Shown here: one piece after another, positions 60,346 through 64,000 of the stretch
How positions within the stretch are numbered: position 1 is the first letter of the stretch
Layout of the letters: the number at the start of each line of letters is the position of its first letter
Assembly: GCA_902545635.1 (NCBI GenBank)
Contig: CACCGT010000003.1
Coordinates: 18,416-82,415, forward strand
Direction of reading: 5' to 3'
DNA: 64,000 nt
Source of the DNA: an uncultured Pelagibacteraceae bacterium
GTDB lineage: Bacteria > Pseudomonadota > Alphaproteobacteria > Pelagibacterales > Pelagibacteraceae
Notes under the pieces: generated by a model
What the model saw: only the letters and a program-made list of their open reading frames with translations
Databases searched by the model: none
Told to the model about the DNA's origin: nothing
Program-made: the position numbers and the translations under genes

Positions 60346-61497
60346 ATGAATTTAAAAGATTGTCACAATTTTAGTGATTTTAGAAAATTAGCTAAGAAAA
60401 AATTACCTTCTCCAATTTTCCATTACATAGATGGTGCCGCAGATGATGAGATAACATATGCTAGGAATACAAGTGCTTTTGATGATGTTGATTTAGTTCC
60501 AAATGTTTTAAGAGGAGTAGAAAATGTTGATCTTTCAACAACAATATTTGGAAAAAAATTGGACCTACCATTTTACCTAGCACCAACTGCCTTACAAAGA
60601 CTTTTTCATTATGATGGAGAAAGAGCAGTAGGAAAAGCAGCAAAAAAATTTAATACAATGTTTGGTGTTTCAGCTTTAGCAACCGTGAGTGTTGAAGAAA
60701 TATCTTCTATGATTGATACACCTAAAATGTTTCAATTTTATTTTCATAAAGACAGAGGTCTTAATGACTCTTGTCTAGAGAGGGCTAAAGCAGCAAAGTT
60801 TGATGTTATGGCATTAACAGTAGATACTATTACTGGTGGAAATAGGGAGAGAGATTTAAGAACTGGCTTTACATCACCTCCAAAATTAACTTTATCAAGT
60901 TTGTTTAGTTTTGCTACAAAGCCTATGTGGGGAATAAATTATTTAACAAAAGGTAAGTTTGAATTACCTCATCTTCAAGATTTTGTTAAAGAGGGCACCA
61001 GTACTAACTCTTCTATTGGAAGTTACTTTTCTACCATGTTAGATCAATCTATGAATTGGAAAGATGCTGAAAATCTTTGTTCTAAATGGGGAGGTCATTT
61101 TGCTCTCAAAGGTATAATGAGCGTTGAAGATGCAAAAAGAGCTGTGGATATTGGATGTACTGGTATAATGGTTTCCAATCATGGTGGAAGACAACTTGAT
61201 GGTTCAAGATCTCCATTTGATCAATTAGCAGAAATAGTTGATGCTGTTGGAGATAAACTTGATGTTATATGTGAAGGAGGAATTCACAGAGGCACCCATA
61301 TGCTTAAAGCATTATCTCTAGGTGCTAAAGCATGTTCAGGCGGAAGGCTTTATTTATACGCTCTAGCTGCTGCAGGCCAAGCCGGCGTTGAAAGAGCTTT
61401 AAACCAATACAAAACAGAGTTGCAACGTGACATGAAACTAATGGGTTGCACAAAAATTAGTGATCTAAATAGAAGTAATTTAAGATTCAGAAGATAA
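60346..61497 (+). CDS. FMN-dependent alpha-hydroxy-acid oxidase/dehydrogenase (LldD-like), copy 1
   Basis: YIDG, LTVD, GNRERD, LKG, SNHGGRQLD. Confidence 0.93.
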   Translation: MNLKDCHNFSDFRKLAKKKLPSPIFHYIDGAADDEITYARNTSAFDDVDLVPNVLRGVENVDLSTTIFGKKLDLPFYLAPTALQRLFHYDGERAVGKAAKKFNTMFGVSALATVSVEEISSMIDTPKMFQFYFHKDRGLNDSCLERAKAAKFDVMALTVDTITGGNRERDLRTGFTSPPKLTLSSLFSFATKPMWGINYLTKGKFELPHLQDFVKEGTSTNSSIGSYFSTMLDQSMNWKDAENLCSKWGGHFALKGIMSVEDAKRAVDIGCTGIMVSNHGGRQLDGSRSPFDQLAEIVDAVGDKLDVICEGGIHRGTHMLKALSLGAKACSGGRLYLYALAAAGQAGVERALNQYKTELQRDMKLMGCTKISDLNRSNLRFRR

Positions 61498-62648
61498 TGA
61501 GTCTAAAGAATTGCTACAATTTCGAAGACTTTAGAAAGCTAGCAAAAAAAAAATTACCTGCCCCGATTTTTCATTACATTGATGGTGGAGCTGACGATGA
61601 AGTCACAATGAATAGAAACACAGATTCATTTAATGACTGCGATCTAGTCCCAAACATTTTAAATAGTGTTGGTGAGCCAGATTTAAAAACTGAGGTTTTT
61701 GGAACAAAAATGGACATGCCAATTTTTTTGTCCCCTACAGCAATGCAAAGTTTATATCATCCAGATGGAGATAAAGCATCTGCTCGTGCAGCAGAAAAAT
61801 TTGGTACAATTTATAGCATGTCTACAATGGCATCTTTTTCGATTGAAGAAATTGCAAATCTTTCAAGTGGACCGAAAATTTTTCAATTATATATCCATAA
61901 AGATCAATCTATAACCGATGACTTAATTGATAGATGTAAAAGAGCAAACTTCAATGGTATGTGTATTACTGTTGATACAATTGTTGCTGGAAATAGAGAA
62001 AGGGACCACAGAACAGGTTTTACAACACCTCCAAAATTTACATTAGATAGTCTAATGAGTTTCGCCATGAGACCGCAGTGGGTATTTAATTATTTTACAA
62101 ATAAGAAATTTGAATTAGCTAATCTGAAAGATAAAGTTGAAAAAGGTACAAATATTGCTCAATCAGTTATGGGATATATAAATGAACAGTATGACCCTGC
62201 TATGAACTGGAAGGATGCTGAGTATTGTATTAAAAAATGGGATGGACCTATTGCTCTTAAAGGAGTTATGTCAGTTGAAGATGCAAAAAAAGCAATCGAT
62301 ATAGGCTGCACAGCTATAATGATATCAAATCATGGAGGAAGACAACTTGATGGATCTAGATCTCCATTTGATCAGGTAAAAGCTATTAGGGATGCAGTAG
62401 GTGATAAATTAGAGGTTATATTAGATGGAGGTGTTAGAAGAGGTACACATGTATTGAAAGCACTTGCAGCGGGTGCGACAGCTTGTAGTTTTGGTAAAGC
62501 ATTTTTGTTTAGTTTGGGGGCTGGCGGACAAAAAGGTATTGAAAGATTATTACAAAATATGCATGATGAAATAAGACGTAACATGATATTGATGGGCTGC
62601 AAAAGTATCAAAGATCTTGATGAATCAAAAATTATTTTCCGAAAATAA
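61497..62648 (+). CDS. FMN-dependent alpha-hydroxy-acid oxidase/dehydrogenase (LldD-like), copy 2
   Basis: YIDGG, ITVD, GNRERD, LKG, SNHGGRQLD, DGGVRRG. Confidence 0.93.
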   Translation: MSLKNCYNFEDFRKLAKKKLPAPIFHYIDGGADDEVTMNRNTDSFNDCDLVPNILNSVGEPDLKTEVFGTKMDMPIFLSPTAMQSLYHPDGDKASARAAEKFGTIYSMSTMASFSIEEIANLSSGPKIFQLYIHKDQSITDDLIDRCKRANFNGMCITVDTIVAGNRERDHRTGFTTPPKFTLDSLMSFAMRPQWVFNYFTNKKFELANLKDKVEKGTNIAQSVMGYINEQYDPAMNWKDAEYCIKKWDGPIALKGVMSVEDAKKAIDIGCTAIMISNHGGRQLDGSRSPFDQVKAIRDAVGDKLEVILDGGVRRGTHVLKALAAGATACSFGKAFLFSLGAGGQKGIERLLQNMHDEIRRNMILMGCKSIKDLDESKIIFRK

Positions 62649-62745
62649 ATAAAAATTACTAATATAAAAAATAAGTAAAAAAAATTAAATATAATAGACA
62701 TACACTAACTTTTCAGTTAGTTTTCTCAACTTAAAATTAATTTTT

Positions 62746-63912
62746 ATGAGATTGGCAAAAAATTTAGAAAATTTAGGAACAGAATCTGCGTTCAGTGTCT
62801 TAGCTGAGGCGAAAGCGTTAGAGGCGAAAGGTCATCCAATGATACATTTGGGTTTAGGACAACCAGATTTTAAAACTCCAAAACATGTAGTCGAGGCTGC
62901 TAAGAAAGCTTTAGATGATGGTCATCATGGTTATGTTATGTCCAATGGGATTCCAGAATGTAGGCAAGCTGTAACTAGATGGATTAAAAAACGTTACAAC
63001 ACAGATATAGATTTTGAAAGAATTTTAATTATGCCAGGTGGAAAACCTACAATGAGTTATGCAATTCAGTGTTATGGTGAACCTGGAGCAGAAATAATTC
63101 ATCCAACACCTGCATTTCCTATTTATGAATCAATGATTAATTATACTGGTTCAACTCCAGTGCCTTATGATTTAACTGAAGATAAAGATCTTAAGTTTGA
63201 TCCTGATAAAATACTTTCACTTATAACTGATAAAACAAGATTATTAATTTTAATTAATCCTAACAATCCAACTGGAAGTTTTGTTGAGAAACCAGTTATA
63301 GATTATTTTGCAAAGGAATTAGAAAAACATCCACATGTCACTATTTTAAGTGATGAAATCTATAGTAGACAGATTTTTGATTACAAAGAAATGCCATCAT
63401 TCTTCCACTATGAAAATTTAAGAGATAGACTTATTGTTTTAGAGGGTTGGAGTAAAGCGTATTCAATGACTGGATGGAGATTAGGCTGGAGTTTTTGGCC
63501 AAAAGAACTTGTTGAACATGTAAACAAACTACTAATCAATAGTGTATCTTGCGTAAATGCAGCAGCACAATTTGCTGGAATAGCTGCTTTAGATGGTCCG
63601 GACGACTCAATTAAAGACATGTTGGATAAATTTACTTTAAGAAGAAATTTAATCCATCAAGGGTTAAACGAACTACCAGGTGTGGAGTGTAGTTTACCAG
63701 GTGGCGCTTTTTATGCTTTTCCGAATGTAAAAGGAACTGGAATGACAGGAGCTGAGTTTTGTAAAAAAGCTATGCATGAAGCTGGAGTAGCAATAGTACC
63801 GGGAACTGCATTTGGTCAAACTTGCCAAGATTATGTAAGATTTAGTTTTGCCGCATCTAGAGATAACATACAACAAGCCTTAGAAAACATAGGCAAGATG
63901 CTTTCTAAATAG
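62746..63912 (+). CDS. PLP-dependent class I/II aminotransferase (AspC-like)
   Basis: LGLGQPDF, NPNNPTG, SDEIY, SKAYSMTGWRLG, GAFY.F. Confidence 0.94.
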   Translation: MRLAKNLENLGTESAFSVLAEAKALEAKGHPMIHLGLGQPDFKTPKHVVEAAKKALDDGHHGYVMSNGIPECRQAVTRWIKKRYNTDIDFERILIMPGGKPTMSYAIQCYGEPGAEIIHPTPAFPIYESMINYTGSTPVPYDLTEDKDLKFDPDKILSLITDKTRLLILINPNNPTGSFVEKPVIDYFAKELEKHPHVTILSDEIYSRQIFDYKEMPSFFHYENLRDRLIVLEGWSKAYSMTGWRLGWSFWPKELVEHVNKLLINSVSCVNAAAQFAGIAALDGPDDSIKDMLDKFTLRRNLIHQGLNELPGVECSLPGGAFYAFPNVKGTGMTGAEFCKKAMHEAGVAIVPGTAFGQTCQDYVRFSFAASRDNIQQALENIGKMLSK

Positions 63913-63950
63913 ACTGTATTTTTTAAGAGAAACTTCTATAATATTTAATT

Positions 63951-64000
63951 ATGAATGAAACTGTTCAAACAGAATTAAAAAAAATTTTTAATGGAAGGTT
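63951..64000 (+). CDS. 5' end of the next gene (unassigned, truncated)
   Basis: ATG 63951, MNETVQTELKKIFNGR, open to the edge; TATAAT at 63937-63942. Confidence 0.5.
   Translation, partial: MNETVQTELKKIFNGR

Noticed and set aside
3160-63876. Short ORF-track entries antisense to or nested in core genes (e.g. 3917-4270, 17996-18343, 36778-37143, 43186-43521, 46334-46684, 53799-54122, 62372-62701)
   Set aside because: They overlap well-supported genes and show no recognisable motifs; shadow ORFs.
1-64000. CRISPR arrays, IS elements, prophage, rRNA or known riboswitches
   Set aside because: No repeat-spacer periodicity, transposase/integrase motifs or recognisable aptamers; almost all sequence is explained by core genes.

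Overview
Very AT-rich, extremely compact alphaproteobacterial core-genome segment; gene order, tiny spacers and protein sequences point to SAR11/Pelagibacterales (inference). It covers the origin/partition region (parB-parA-rsmG-mnmG-mnmE, rho, hemJ-hemH-hemE, a putative oriC, DUF299-maf-aroE-coaE-dnaQ), secB/fxsA/Tim44/Smr, hslUV, the his cluster, ftsK-lolA, purH/rpe, an SSS transporter with acs, tsaD/hemCD, folD, argG, ccmCDEFGH, two tandem FMN alpha-hydroxy-acid oxidases and an aminotransferase, plus one tRNA-Gly(GCC). I found no mobile elements, CRISPR arrays or rRNA. Most notable: (1) a malyl-CoA lyase plus malate thiokinase (mcl-mtkAB) module built into the his operon; (2) a G-U-containing ~70-nt hairpin between hspQ and ccmC whose loop is antisense to an SD-plus-start-codon-like sequence (candidate sRNA); (3) a 38-aa basic ORF missing from the ORF track that exactly fills the tsaD-EVE gap; (4) four sulfotransferases and a secreted polysaccharide-lyase-like gene inserted among core genes; (5) a perfect parS inside rsmG; (6) RpoH-like promoters positioned to give leaderless mRNAs; (7) an inverted-domain photolyase. 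All product calls come from recognising motifs and context by eye; no database searches were run.
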